Shown here one piece after another: positions 28,344 through 37,028 of a stretch of 64,000 bases of DNA (within the stretch, counting starts at the first letter, position 1; each line of letters opens with the position of its first letter). The notes under the pieces are model-generated. The model saw only the letters and a program-made list of their open reading frames with translations, made no database searches and was not told the origin of the DNA. A program made the position numbers and the translations under genes. Origin of the DNA: Candidatus Micrarchaeota archaeon (lineage in GTDB: Archaea; Micrarchaeota; Micrarchaeia; Norongarragalinales; SBBD01); assembly GCA_018819225.1 (NCBI GenBank), contig JAHJQN010000003.1:32001-96000 (forward strand). The letters are read 5' to 3'.

Positions 28344-30050
28344 ATGACCCTCGAAACCATCATTCGTAAATTCGTACTCAAGAACGCGCACGAGTACGGA
28401 AAAGCGTCTCCGAAAGCCGTCGCGGGCAAAGTCATTGCCGCATCATCGGAAGCCAAGACGGACCTGAAGAAAACCATGCAACTCATTCAAGAAATGATTC
28501 GGGAAGTGGAAACGCTATCCAAAGAACAAATCGAAAACGAGTTGAAAGGACACGCGTTCGTTCAAAAAGAAGAAGGCCCGCGCGTCCTGCGATTGGAAGA
28601 CGCGGAAGAAGGAAAAGTGATCACGCGATTCCTCCCGGAACCGAACGGCTGGATGCACTTGGGACACGCCAAAGCCGCTTTTCTCTCCATGGAAGCCGCC
28701 CAACAATTCAAAGGAAGTTGCCATTTACGATTTGATGACACGAATCCCGAAACCGAAAAGCAGGAGTACGAGGACGCGATTCGCGAGGACTTGAACTGGC
28801 TGGGATTGACGTTCTCGAAAGAAACGCATACCTCTGATTTGATGTCGCAATTCCAACAATTTATCAGCAAGCTCCTCATCCTCGGACGCGCGTACGTCTG
28901 CACGTGCACGCAAGAACACATGAACACGAACCGATACGAAAAAAAGGTGTGCAACTGCCGCGAGCGCCGTGGCGGAGAACAACTCGTGCTCTGGCAACGC
29001 ATGCAGAAAGGGGACGCGGAAAAAGGGGAGATGGTGGTGCGGTTGAAAGGGGACATGAAAAGCGACAACACGGCCATGCGGGACCCGACGCTGTTTCGCA
29101 TCAATAAAACCGCGCATTACCGGCTCGGCAACACATTCAACGCCTGGCCGACGTATGACTTCAGCGTGAGCATCGCCGACTCCATTGAGGATGTCACGCA
29201 CGCCTTACGCAGCAAGGAATACGAGTTGCGCGATGAATTGTATGACGCGATCTTGACCGCAGTCAACCTGCGCAAACCCAGGGTATACGATTTCGCGCGC
29301 TTGAAAATGAAGGGAACGGCATTAAGCAAGCGCTTCCTCAAACCGCTCATCGAACAAGGCAAAGTGCACGGATGGAATGATCCGCGTCTGCCGACGCTTC
29401 GCGGCATGAAACGGCGAGGCATTCTCCCGGAAGCCATCAAGGAATTCGTGATGTCGCTCGGGCTCAGCAAACAAGAAAGCCAACCCTCATTCGATCAACT
29501 CCTTCAAATCAATCGCCGTTGCTTGGATCCCATGGCCGAACACTACTTCTTTGTATCCAATCCATTCAAGCTCACGATTCCATCACTGACCGAAAAGCAA
29601 ACGCACGGGATTCCCAAGAGGGGAAACAGCAAAGGGAATCGGGGAGTGGCGTTCAAAAACGCGTTCTGGCTCTCGAAATCCGATGTTCAAGAATGGAAAG
29701 AAGGCCTGCGAGTGCGCCTGAAAGATTTATTCGATGTGAAGATTTCGGCGCTGAACGAAAACGAAATCGCGGGAGAATTTGTAGGCAAAGAGCCTGCATC
29801 GGGAGCGAAGGTCGTGCAATGGGTTTCCGCAATGGAAGGCGAATCCGTTCCGTGCTCGGTCATCGAAATCGCGGATTTACTCAATGATAAAGACGAATTT
29901 AATCCGGAAAGCTGGAGGGAAACAACGGGAGTCTGCGAAAAGGAATGCCGAAGCCTGAAAGAAGGAGCGATCATTCAATTCGAACGCACGGGATTCTGCC
30001 GACTCGACGAAAAACGAGAGAATCAGCTGACATTCATCAAAAGCGGATAG
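28344..30050 (+). CDS. gltX: Glutamyl-tRNA synthetase (archaeal type)
   Basis: TRFLPEPNG..HLGH, LRFDDTNP, RDP, WPTYDF, LSKR, GWNDPRLPT and QFERTGF. Confidence 0.95.
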   Translation: MTLETIIRKFVLKNAHEYGKASPKAVAGKVIAASSEAKTDLKKTMQLIQEMIREVETLSKEQIENELKGHAFVQKEEGPRVLRLEDAEEGKVITRFLPEPNGWMHLGHAKAAFLSMEAAQQFKGSCHLRFDDTNPETEKQEYEDAIREDLNWLGLTFSKETHTSDLMSQFQQFISKLLILGRAYVCTCTQEHMNTNRYEKKVCNCRERRGGEQLVLWQRMQKGDAEKGEMVVRLKGDMKSDNTAMRDPTLFRINKTAHYRLGNTFNAWPTYDFSVSIADSIEDVTHALRSKEYELRDELYDAILTAVNLRKPRVYDFARLKMKGTALSKRFLKPLIEQGKVHGWNDPRLPTLRGMKRRGILPEAIKEFVMSLGLSKQESQPSFDQLLQINRRCLDPMAEHYFFVSNPFKLTIPSLTEKQTHGIPKRGNSKGNRGVAFKNAFWLSKSDVQEWKEGLRVRLKDLFDVKISALNENEIAGEFVGKEPASGAKVVQWVSAMEGESVPCSVIEIADLLNDKDEFNPESWRETTGVCEKECRSLKEGAIIQFERTGFCRLDEKRENQLTFIKSG

Positions 30051-30058
30051 GAATCCAC

Positions 30059-30775
30059 ATGACGAATTTCTTGTTTCAAAAAGACGCGTACGTGAAGGAA
30101 TTTGATGCGCGCATCGTGGAACGGGAAGGAACGGAAGTGGTGTTGGATCAAACCGCGTTTTACTATACGTCGGGAGGCCAACCCCACGATACCGGAACCT
30201 TTCACGCGAATGGAATAACGTACGAAATCCAAGACGTGTACCGGCATAAACCCACGGGAAAAATCAGACACCAACTGAATCAACCGATCCCTGAAGAGAT
30301 AACGAGCGGACACGGAAAAGTGAATTGGGAGCGTCGGTACGGACACATGCGCCACCACACCGCACTGCACATGATTTCGCGCGTGGCACTCGACGAATTT
30401 CAATGTCTCGTGACGGGATCGCAGGTGTACGCGGACCGCGGACGCATTGATTTTGCTCTCGAGGATTTAAGCGAAGAACGGCTCCGGCTTCTGGAAGAAA
30501 AGACGAATGAGGCGAACGCGAAAGCCTACCCGGTAACGATTCAATTCCTTCCGAGGGAGGAAGCGTTGAAGAATCCCGAGCTCATTCGCACGCAAATCAA
30601 CCTCGTGCCCGAATCCGCAACAATCATCCGTTGTGTTGAAATCAAGGGATTCGATTTCCAGGCATGCGGGGGCACCCATGTGGGTAACACCCGAGAAATC
30701 GGCCGAATCCAAATCACGAAATACGAAAACAAGGGCGTGGGAAAGAAACGATTGGAACTCACGGCGACCCCCTGA
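30059..30775 (+). CDS. alaX: AlaX-type tRNA editing protein (AlaX-M)
   Basis: LDQTAFY..SGGQPHDTG, MRHHTALH (HxxxH) and ACGGTH (CxxxH). Confidence 0.9.
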   Translation: MTNFLFQKDAYVKEFDARIVEREGTEVVLDQTAFYYTSGGQPHDTGTFHANGITYEIQDVYRHKPTGKIRHQLNQPIPEEITSGHGKVNWERRYGHMRHHTALHMISRVALDEFQCLVTGSQVYADRGRIDFALEDLSEERLRLLEEKTNEANAKAYPVTIQFLPREEALKNPELIRTQINLVPESATIIRCVEIKGFDFQACGGTHVGNTREIGRIQITKYENKGVGKKRLELTATP

Positions 30776-30832
30776 AAAGGCATTTCATGAAAACAAAGAA
30801 AGGTATTTAAGGCTCGAGGGCGGTAATGGAAT

Positions 30833-31978
30833 ATGGCATCTTCTTTCGACCCCAAAGAACTCGTTAAGGGATACGAGAAAAACGAGCTGACTATTGCGGT
30901 CATTGGCAGTCATTCCGCCCTAGAGATTGCCCGAGGCGCCAAAGACGAAAGCATTCACAGCCTCGTGGTCTGCCAGAAAGGACGCGACAAAACCTATTCC
31001 AAGCACTACTTGAACCGGCAGCGAAAAGGCGTGGAAGGAACCGTGGGATGCGTGGATGAAGTCATCATCCTCGACCAATTCTCCGACCTCGTCTCCGAAG
31101 ACATTATGAAGGATTTGCGCATCAAGGCCGCGATCTTCGTACCGAACCGCTCGTTCTGCGTATACGTTCCATACCAGGATATAGAAACCCGCTTCTCGAT
31201 CCCCATTTTCGGAAACCGCTACCTGTTGAGAGCGGAAGAGAGGGATGAAGCTTGGAACCAATACACGCTCATGAAAGAAGCCGGTATCCGAACCCCGCGG
31301 CGATTTGAAAAACCCAGCGATATCCATCAACTCGCCATCGTCAAGGCGTCGGAAGCGCAACGAAAATACGAACGCGCGTTCTTTTTTGCATCGAACGAAA
31401 AAGAATTCGAGGAGAAGAGTGCCAACCTGTTGAAAGAAAAACGGGCCACGGAAGAAGGCATACAAAACGCAGTCATCGAAGAAGTGATTCTGGGCGCGCA
31501 ATTCAACTTCAATTTCTTTTATTCCCCGCTCCATCAAGAAATCGAGTTGATGGGCATAGACATGCGCCGGCAAACGAATCTCGACGGATTGCTGAGACTT
31601 CCGGCTGCGCAGCAACTCGAGGTCATGAAACACGTTCCCGTTAACCACATCGAGGTCGGTCACGTCGCATCAACGATACGCGAATCCCTGCTTGAAAAAG
31701 CGTTCGCGGCAGCCGAACGATTGGTGGCGGCCGCCAAGAAAGCGAAGCCGCCTGGAATCATTGGACCGTTCGCGCTTCAAGGCGCCATCACGAGCGAAGA
31801 AGGACACGAAGATCTCGTGGTCTTCGACTTGAGTCTCCGCGTGCCGGGCTCGCCCGGCATTGCCGCCACGCCATACTCCTATTACTTGAACGGAAAACGC
31901 GTATCCATCGGCCGACGGATAGCCCAAGAAGTCAAACTCGCCATGGAAAAAGAACGTTTGCATGAAATCGTGACGTGA
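30833..31978 (+). CDS. PurP-like ATP-grasp protein (second paralog)
   Basis: GSHSALEIARGAKDE, FVPNRSF, FGNR..LR.EER, TIRESLLE, PPGIIGPFALQ and RVPGSPG. Confidence 0.85.
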   Translation: MASSFDPKELVKGYEKNELTIAVIGSHSALEIARGAKDESIHSLVVCQKGRDKTYSKHYLNRQRKGVEGTVGCVDEVIILDQFSDLVSEDIMKDLRIKAAIFVPNRSFCVYVPYQDIETRFSIPIFGNRYLLRAEERDEAWNQYTLMKEAGIRTPRRFEKPSDIHQLAIVKASEAQRKYERAFFFASNEKEFEEKSANLLKEKRATEEGIQNAVIEEVILGAQFNFNFFYSPLHQEIELMGIDMRRQTNLDGLLRLPAAQQLEVMKHVPVNHIEVGHVASTIRESLLEKAFAAAERLVAAAKKAKPPGIIGPFALQGAITSEEGHEDLVVFDLSLRVPGSPGIAATPYSYYLNGKRVSIGRRIAQEVKLAMEKERLHEIVT

Positions 31979-31979
31979 C

Positions 31980-33083
31980 ATGATACCCCAAAAAGAAATC
32001 CTGAAGGCATTGGAGGCGTACCATCCCAAGAAGATGGCAATCGGCACCATTTGCTCTCATTCCGCTCTACAGATTTTCCACGGAGCCAAGCGGGAAGGCT
32101 TTCGCACCGTGGGCATTTGCACGGAGGACCGAAGAGAACTCTACGAAAGCTATCCGTTAGCGCGTCCGGACGTCATCATCCCCGTCAAGAAATTTTCCGA
32201 CGTGCTCAGCGACCGCGTCCAATCCGAACTGCTCGCGGAAAACGTCGTCATCATTCCGCATGGATCGTTCGTGGAATACGTGGGTGCCAAAAACCTGGAA
32301 GACCAGTTCCGCGTACCAGTTTTCGGAAACCGCCGCAGTCTGCAATGGGAAAGCTCCCGTAAGCAGGTCAAGGAATGGCTGAAGAAATCCAATTGCCTCG
32401 TTCCCAAGGAATTCAAGCACCCGAAAGACATTGACCGCATCTGCATCGTCAAGTTCTCGGGCGCCAAAGGCGGAAGGGGATTCTTCCTCACGACATCCGA
32501 GGAGGATTACAAGAGAAAAATGCAGGAGAAGATCCAGAAACGCGTGGTCAGCGCGGAGGAAGCCCAACACGTCACCATTCAAGAATTCGTCAACGGAGTC
32601 CGGTATTACCCTCATTATTTTTCGTCGCCGTTTGAGAACAACGGAAAAGGCCGCGTCGAACTCTTGAGCATGGACAAACGCCTCGAAAGCAACGTCGAGG
32701 AAATCTACCGGATTCTCGCTGCGGGAACACTGCAGGAACTGAAGATCAATCCAACGTACGTGGTCACGGGCAACGCGCCCCAAACCATTCGCGAATCCCT
32801 GCTTCCTGAACTGTACGGGATGGGTCGACGCGTGCACGAATCATCTAAAAAATTGTTCGGGGGCATCGTGGGGCCATACTGCATCGAATGCGTCGTCACG
32901 CCGGAATTGGATATTTACTCCTTCGAGATTTCCGCGCGCATCGTTGCGGGAACGAATTTGTATCCCGAGGGATCATTCCTTTCCGCCTACCTGTTCAAAG
33001 AACCCATGAGCACCGGAAGGAGAATCGCGCGCGAACTCAAAACCGCGATCACGAAAAAAGCGCTCGACCAAGTGGTTTACTGA
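31980..33083 (+). CDS. purP: FAICAR synthetase (formate--AICAR ligase)
   Basis: TICSHSALQI, PHGSFVEYVG, GAKGGRGFF, GN....RESLL, FEISARIVAGTN and MSTGRRIA. Confidence 0.9.
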   Translation: MIPQKEILKALEAYHPKKMAIGTICSHSALQIFHGAKREGFRTVGICTEDRRELYESYPLARPDVIIPVKKFSDVLSDRVQSELLAENVVIIPHGSFVEYVGAKNLEDQFRVPVFGNRRSLQWESSRKQVKEWLKKSNCLVPKEFKHPKDIDRICIVKFSGAKGGRGFFLTTSEEDYKRKMQEKIQKRVVSAEEAQHVTIQEFVNGVRYYPHYFSSPFENNGKGRVELLSMDKRLESNVEEIYRILAAGTLQELKINPTYVVTGNAPQTIRESLLPELYGMGRRVHESSKKLFGGIVGPYCIECVVTPELDIYSFEISARIVAGTNLYPEGSFLSAYLFKEPMSTGRRIARELKTAITKKALDQVVY

Positions 33084-33088
33084 AAGGG

Positions 33089-34165
33089 ATGGACATGAAC
33101 GAAGCACGTCTGGTACACCAGCTCAATCGTGATTTCAATTTATTTATTTCCCAATGGTGGCGCGAAGCCTTTCGAGACAATTTCCAAAAAGTAATGAAAG
33201 CCCGTTATACCGATTACATCGCCGTCGGAAACGAATGGTCCGCCAATTACTATGCCATCGAACAAGATGAAGAAGACATTCGTCAGAATTCCCTTCAATG
33301 GCTTGCGGATCACCCGGATGAATACATCAACGGATGCAACGAATTCATGCGCCAAGGACAGGAAACGCGCCGTATACTAAAAAACTTCGGGCACGTCAAC
33401 GAACTCGATTACGAAAGCGTGAAACGGTTGAAAACGCGCTACCAACTCCTGTTTCCGTGGCTTCGATTCAGCATCCGTTTCCCTGCCACGTGGAAAAAAG
33501 ATATCGAAAAACAAGTTCCAAAACACGCGAAGCGTGTCATCGATACCGCGTATGAAAGTCGCAGGTCGACGGACGGCATCTTCGAAAAAATCAATGCGTT
33601 ATTCCGAACGGTATTCGCCAAGTCCTTGCGAGAAACCCATCACCCAGAACATTGGACGAAGTACTTTACGGAAGAAGACGTGTATCGATTCGCAAAAAAC
33701 GAATCCATGGATTGGCCAGCCATCGAAGCCCGCTCCAAAGGATACGTGTTGTGCAGGGGAAAAGTATACGCGTCGAGCCACTACCAGAGCATCTTCCAGG
33801 AACACGGATACGCCTTCCAAGAAACCCCAGTGAATGCTTCGGAAAACATTCGAGGAACCATTGCGTTCGCCGACGGAAAACGAACAGGAATCGTGCGTAA
33901 GCTATTTGCCATCGAACAACTGCCATCCTTTCAAGAAGGCGAAATCCTGGTTTCACCCATGACGGTACCCGATTTCCTTCCCGCCATGAAAAAAGCAGCG
34001 GCCATTGTCACGGATGAAGGCGGGGTCACGTGTCATGCGGCCATCGTCGCCAGAGAACTCGGCAAGCCCTGCATCATTGGAACGAAGATCGCTTCCAAAA
34101 TACTGGAAGATGGCGAACGAGTGGAGGTGGATTCCGCGGAAGGCATTATCCGTCGGATCGCATGA
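33089..34165 (+). CDS. Protein with a C-terminal PEP-utilising phosphohistidine (swivel) domain
   Basis: GEILVSPMTVPD..P.M..AAAIVTDEGGVTCHAAIVARELGKPCIIG; N-terminal helical region without recognisable ATP-grasp motifs. Confidence 0.82.
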   Translation: MDMNEARLVHQLNRDFNLFISQWWREAFRDNFQKVMKARYTDYIAVGNEWSANYYAIEQDEEDIRQNSLQWLADHPDEYINGCNEFMRQGQETRRILKNFGHVNELDYESVKRLKTRYQLLFPWLRFSIRFPATWKKDIEKQVPKHAKRVIDTAYESRRSTDGIFEKINALFRTVFAKSLRETHHPEHWTKYFTEEDVYRFAKNESMDWPAIEARSKGYVLCRGKVYASSHYQSIFQEHGYAFQETPVNASENIRGTIAFADGKRTGIVRKLFAIEQLPSFQEGEILVSPMTVPDFLPAMKKAAAIVTDEGGVTCHAAIVARELGKPCIIGTKIASKILEDGERVEVDSAEGIIRRIA

Positions 34166-34270
34166 ACCCGCGCCCGAATGCGTCGACAACGTATCCCCGG
34201 AAAGGCACAAATACGTGGACGAAAGCGTTAAAAGAAAGAGATCAAGTATAAGGAATCACGGGTCGTTAAA

Positions 34271-35173
34271 TTGAAAGGAATTACGTTGAAACACGGCACG
34301 CAACGATTGAAGGAAGGCTTCGCTAAAATGCAGAAAGGCGGCGTCATCATGGACGTGGTCAACGAAAAGCAGGCGAAGATCGCGGAAGAAGCCGGCGCCG
34401 TAGCGGTCATGGCCTTGCACGCCGTTCCAGCGGACATTCGTAAGGAAGGGGGAGTGGCGCGCATGGCCGATCCCCTGGTCATCGAACAAATCATGAAGGC
34501 CGTCACGATACCGGTGATGGCCAAAGCGCGCATTGGACACGTTGCGGAAGCGCAAGTGTTGCAGGAACTGGGCGTGGACATGATTGATGAAAGCGAAGTG
34601 CTGACTCCCGCCGACGAAGAGCATCACATCGACAAGAGCCAATTCACGATTCCGTTCGTATGCGGTGCCCGCGATCTCGGAGAAGCGTTGAGACGCATTG
34701 ATGAGGGGGCGGCCATGATTCGCACCAAAGGCGAGCCCGGAACCGGAAATGTCGTTGAAGCGGTTCGCCACGCCCGAAAAGTGAACCAAGAGATTGCCGA
34801 ACTCGTCAAGAATATCAATAACGCGTCCGTCCTGGAGAAAAAAGCAAACGAATATGGCGTCCCCCTATCGCTCGTGAAAAAAATCGCCCAGGAAAAGCGG
34901 TTGACCGTCGTCAATTTTGCGGCCGGAGGCATTGCCACTCCCGCCGACGCCGCGTTGATGATGCAGCTCGGAGTCGACGGCGTTTTTGTGGGCAGCGGCA
35001 TCTTCAAGAGCCAGTTCCCGGAAAAGTTTGCGAAAGCCATCGTGGAGGCCACGCGCCATTACGATGATGCGTCGGTGGTGGCGCGCGTATCCCGCGGATT
35101 GGGAACGCCCATGAAAGGAATCGAGACGTCCATGTTGAAAAAAGAAGAGCGCATGCAGGACCGAGGAATCTGA
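34271..35173 (+). CDS. pdxS: Pyridoxal 5'-phosphate synthase, synthase subunit
   Basis: [55 protein letters not shown] and FVGSGIFKS. Confidence 0.97.
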   Translation: MKGITLKHGTQRLKEGFAKMQKGGVIMDVVNEKQAKIAEEAGAVAVMALHAVPADIRKEGGVARMADPLVIEQIMKAVTIPVMAKARIGHVAEAQVLQELGVDMIDESEVLTPADEEHHIDKSQFTIPFVCGARDLGEALRRIDEGAAMIRTKGEPGTGNVVEAVRHARKVNQEIAELVKNINNASVLEKKANEYGVPLSLVKKIAQEKRLTVVNFAAGGIATPADAALMMQLGVDGVFVGSGIFKSQFPEKFAKAIVEATRHYDDASVVARVSRGLGTPMKGIETSMLKKEERMQDRGI

Positions 35174-35187
35174 ACGGAGGAGGGCCC

Positions 35188-35829
35188 ATGGCTGAAAAAC
35201 CAAAGAAATCCTCTCGAGAACAACGATTCGAGCACTTGATGAAACGAAGTGCCGAAACGCCGGAAGGGCGTGCGAGCGGTATATGGAAACGAAATCCGTT
35301 ATTGCATAATTACACGATTCCGCACGCGTTTCTGATGAACGATCACGAGCTCGGATTGGAATCGTTTGCAAAATCGCATCCAAGATACTCAAGGTCCCAA
35401 GTGTATTATGCGCGAAGAATTATTCGGGGGAACCAACGAGTGGTTAACCGGCTCATTGGAAGCTGGAGAAACGGAAAGCACGTACTCGCAAGTGGTCCAG
35501 CCCTCATGGAATTAATTTCAGCAGCCTCTCCTGAGGAACGGACTTTGAGAAAACGGCGCGTTCCAACGGGAGTGCAAGACGTACGTGCGCTCGTCATCCA
35601 AGCGGACCGCTGGATTGAAGGGGGGCTCTGCACTCCAGAAATCGATCGGTACGCGATGCATCTTAAAACACATTTTTTGAACCATTTGAAAAGTGCTGAA
35701 CGCGTGCCTGAATATGCTCAGGTGGCACGAGCCATGCAAAAAGTATTCCAAGACGCAGATCATCTTGCGTTAGCCCATGCTCTCGTGCGAAACGTCCATT
35801 CCTATTATTCGGACCCGAATAAAACGTAA
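35188..35829 (+). CDS. Hypothetical protein between pdxS and pdxT
   Basis: 213-aa ORF with a GGAGGAGG SD, filling the gap exactly; no recognisable motif. Confidence 0.65.
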   Translation: MAEKPKKSSREQRFEHLMKRSAETPEGRASGIWKRNPLLHNYTIPHAFLMNDHELGLESFAKSHPRYSRSQVYYARRIIRGNQRVVNRLIGSWRNGKHVLASGPALMELISAASPEERTLRKRRVPTGVQDVRALVIQADRWIEGGLCTPEIDRYAMHLKTHFLNHLKSAERVPEYAQVARAMQKVFQDADHLALAHALVRNVHSYYSDPNKT

Positions 35830-35839
35830 GGCGAATGCT

Positions 35840-36418
35840 TTGAAAATCGGCGTACTCGGTTTACAGGGAGCGGTGTCGGAACACCTCGAGGTGCTTCGCA
35901 AGCTTCCGGTGGAAGCGGTCTGGGTGAAAGAGGATAAGCACCTCGCGGCCGTGGATGCGTTAATCCTTCCCGGAGGCGAAAGCACCACCATTTCAACATT
36001 GCTGGAAAAAAACCGTTTATTTGAACCGTTGAAAGAACGCGCAAGCAACGGAATGCCGATCTTCGGAACGTGTGCAGGACTCGTATTGTTGGCGAAGGAT
36101 GCAGGACGACAACAGCAACAGACCGGCCAAAAATTATTGGAGCTCATGGATATGCGCGTGAACCGAAACGCGTTTGGCCGACAAAAAGACAGCATGGAAG
36201 CCCCGATAACCATTCAAGGCATTGCAGGAAAATTCCCGGCCGTGTTCATCCGAGCGCCCGTTATTGAAAAAGTGAATGGAACGTGTCACATCATTGCGCG
36301 TCTCGATCAACACATCGTCGCTGCGGAACAAGAACCATTCCTGGCCACGAGCTTTCATCCGGAGCTCTCCGGCGATTCGCGCGTACACGAATATTTCATT
36401 CGGAAAATCAAGCGCTAG
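35840..36418 (+). CDS. pdxT: Pyridoxal 5'-phosphate synthase, glutaminase subunit
   Basis: KIGVLGLQG, PGGESTT, GTCAG, RNAFGRQ, FIRAP and FHPEL; TTG start at 35840. Confidence 0.95.
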   Translation: MKIGVLGLQGAVSEHLEVLRKLPVEAVWVKEDKHLAAVDALILPGGESTTISTLLEKNRLFEPLKERASNGMPIFGTCAGLVLLAKDAGRQQQQTGQKLLELMDMRVNRNAFGRQKDSMEAPITIQGIAGKFPAVFIRAPVIEKVNGTCHIIARLDQHIVAAEQEPFLATSFHPELSGDSRVHEYFIRKIKR

Positions 36419-36918
36419 TAAATCGACACTTTCTTCACGCCCTTGATTTGCGGAAAGCGATTCAGCAAAGCACCCGGAATCTTGCGTTCGGTAATGATGA
36501 GGAGAGTCGGGTTCTCAAATAGCTCGGGATCCTTCGCGTACACTTGACGAATCCGAATCCGTTTTTCCGCCAACAGTTGAGTGGCCGCAGCCACGATACC
36601 GCCTCTCCGCGCATCCGCTTCAATTTCAACGACCCCGAAACCCAGCATCGGGGCCACCTCCCGCAATAACGATCCCGCCGGTTGAATATGGGAGAAAATT
36701 TTGTTTAGATACGGATCGGAACGAATCCCTGCAATGGTTCGACGGACCATCCGGCGGTCGACGCCCGCGCTTTGCGCTAACGAGGCATCCTTGACTTCCA
36801 CATCCCCGCAACAAATTTTTCCGTCCTCGCGAATCCGGAGCCCCAACTCGACGAGCTTTCGCGCCACCGATTTCTGAGCCGGCAGGCCACCAAACAATCC
36901 CGAAACCCGATTCCACAT
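36415..36918 (-). CDS. trpY: TrpY tryptophan-responsive transcription regulator (HTH + ACT)
   Basis: Starts M-W and W2 is the only Trp; CGDVEV...LA...GVDRRMV HTH region; ACT-like GIVAAAT.LLA...I.IRQ...DPEL; divergent from trpB2 across TGTACA boxes. Confidence 0.85.
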   Translation of the reverse strand: MWNRVSGLFGGLPAQKSVARKLVELGLRIREDGKICCGDVEVKDASLAQSAGVDRRMVRRTIAGIRSDPYLNKIFSHIQPAGSLLREVAPMLGFGVVEIEADARRGGIVAAATQLLAEKRIRIRQVYAKDPELFENPTLLIITERKIPGALLNRFPQIKGVKKVSIY

Positions 36919-36920
36919 AA

Positions 36921-36951
36921 TGTACAAATATGTACAGCAATGTATTAAATA
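36921..36951. promoter_or_regulatory. TRP boxes (TrpY operator) and overlapping divergent TATA elements
   Basis: TGTACA 36921-36926, TGTACA 36931-36936 and TGTATT 36941-36946 at 10-bp periodicity; AT-rich TATA-like core at 36944-36951. Confidence 0.85.
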
Positions 36952-36998
36952 GATACGTCGAGTCGATGGAAGATACCAGTCAGCTAGAGGTGTTTCTA

Positions 36999-37028
36999 AT
37001 GAAACCAGGCGAGTTACTTTGGCGTTAA
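36999..37028 (+). CDS. trpB2 leader ORF MKPGELLWR (zero-frame part of a putative frameshift gene)
   Basis: GAGGTG SD at 36987-36992; ATG AAA CCA GGC GAG TTA CTT TGG CGT TAA. Confidence 0.7.
   Translation: MKPGELLWR

Noticed and set aside
34181-34224. Hairpin ending in GGACGAAA upstream of pdxS, resembling a hammerhead ribozyme 3' part
   Set aside because: No CUGANGA core is present; it is at most an ordinary stem-loop.
35835-35843. ATG CTT TGA (prfB-like CUU-UGA) at the start of pdxT
   Set aside because: A +1 shift would not enter the pdxT frame, and an in-frame TTG at 35840 with reasonable SD spacing explains the gene.
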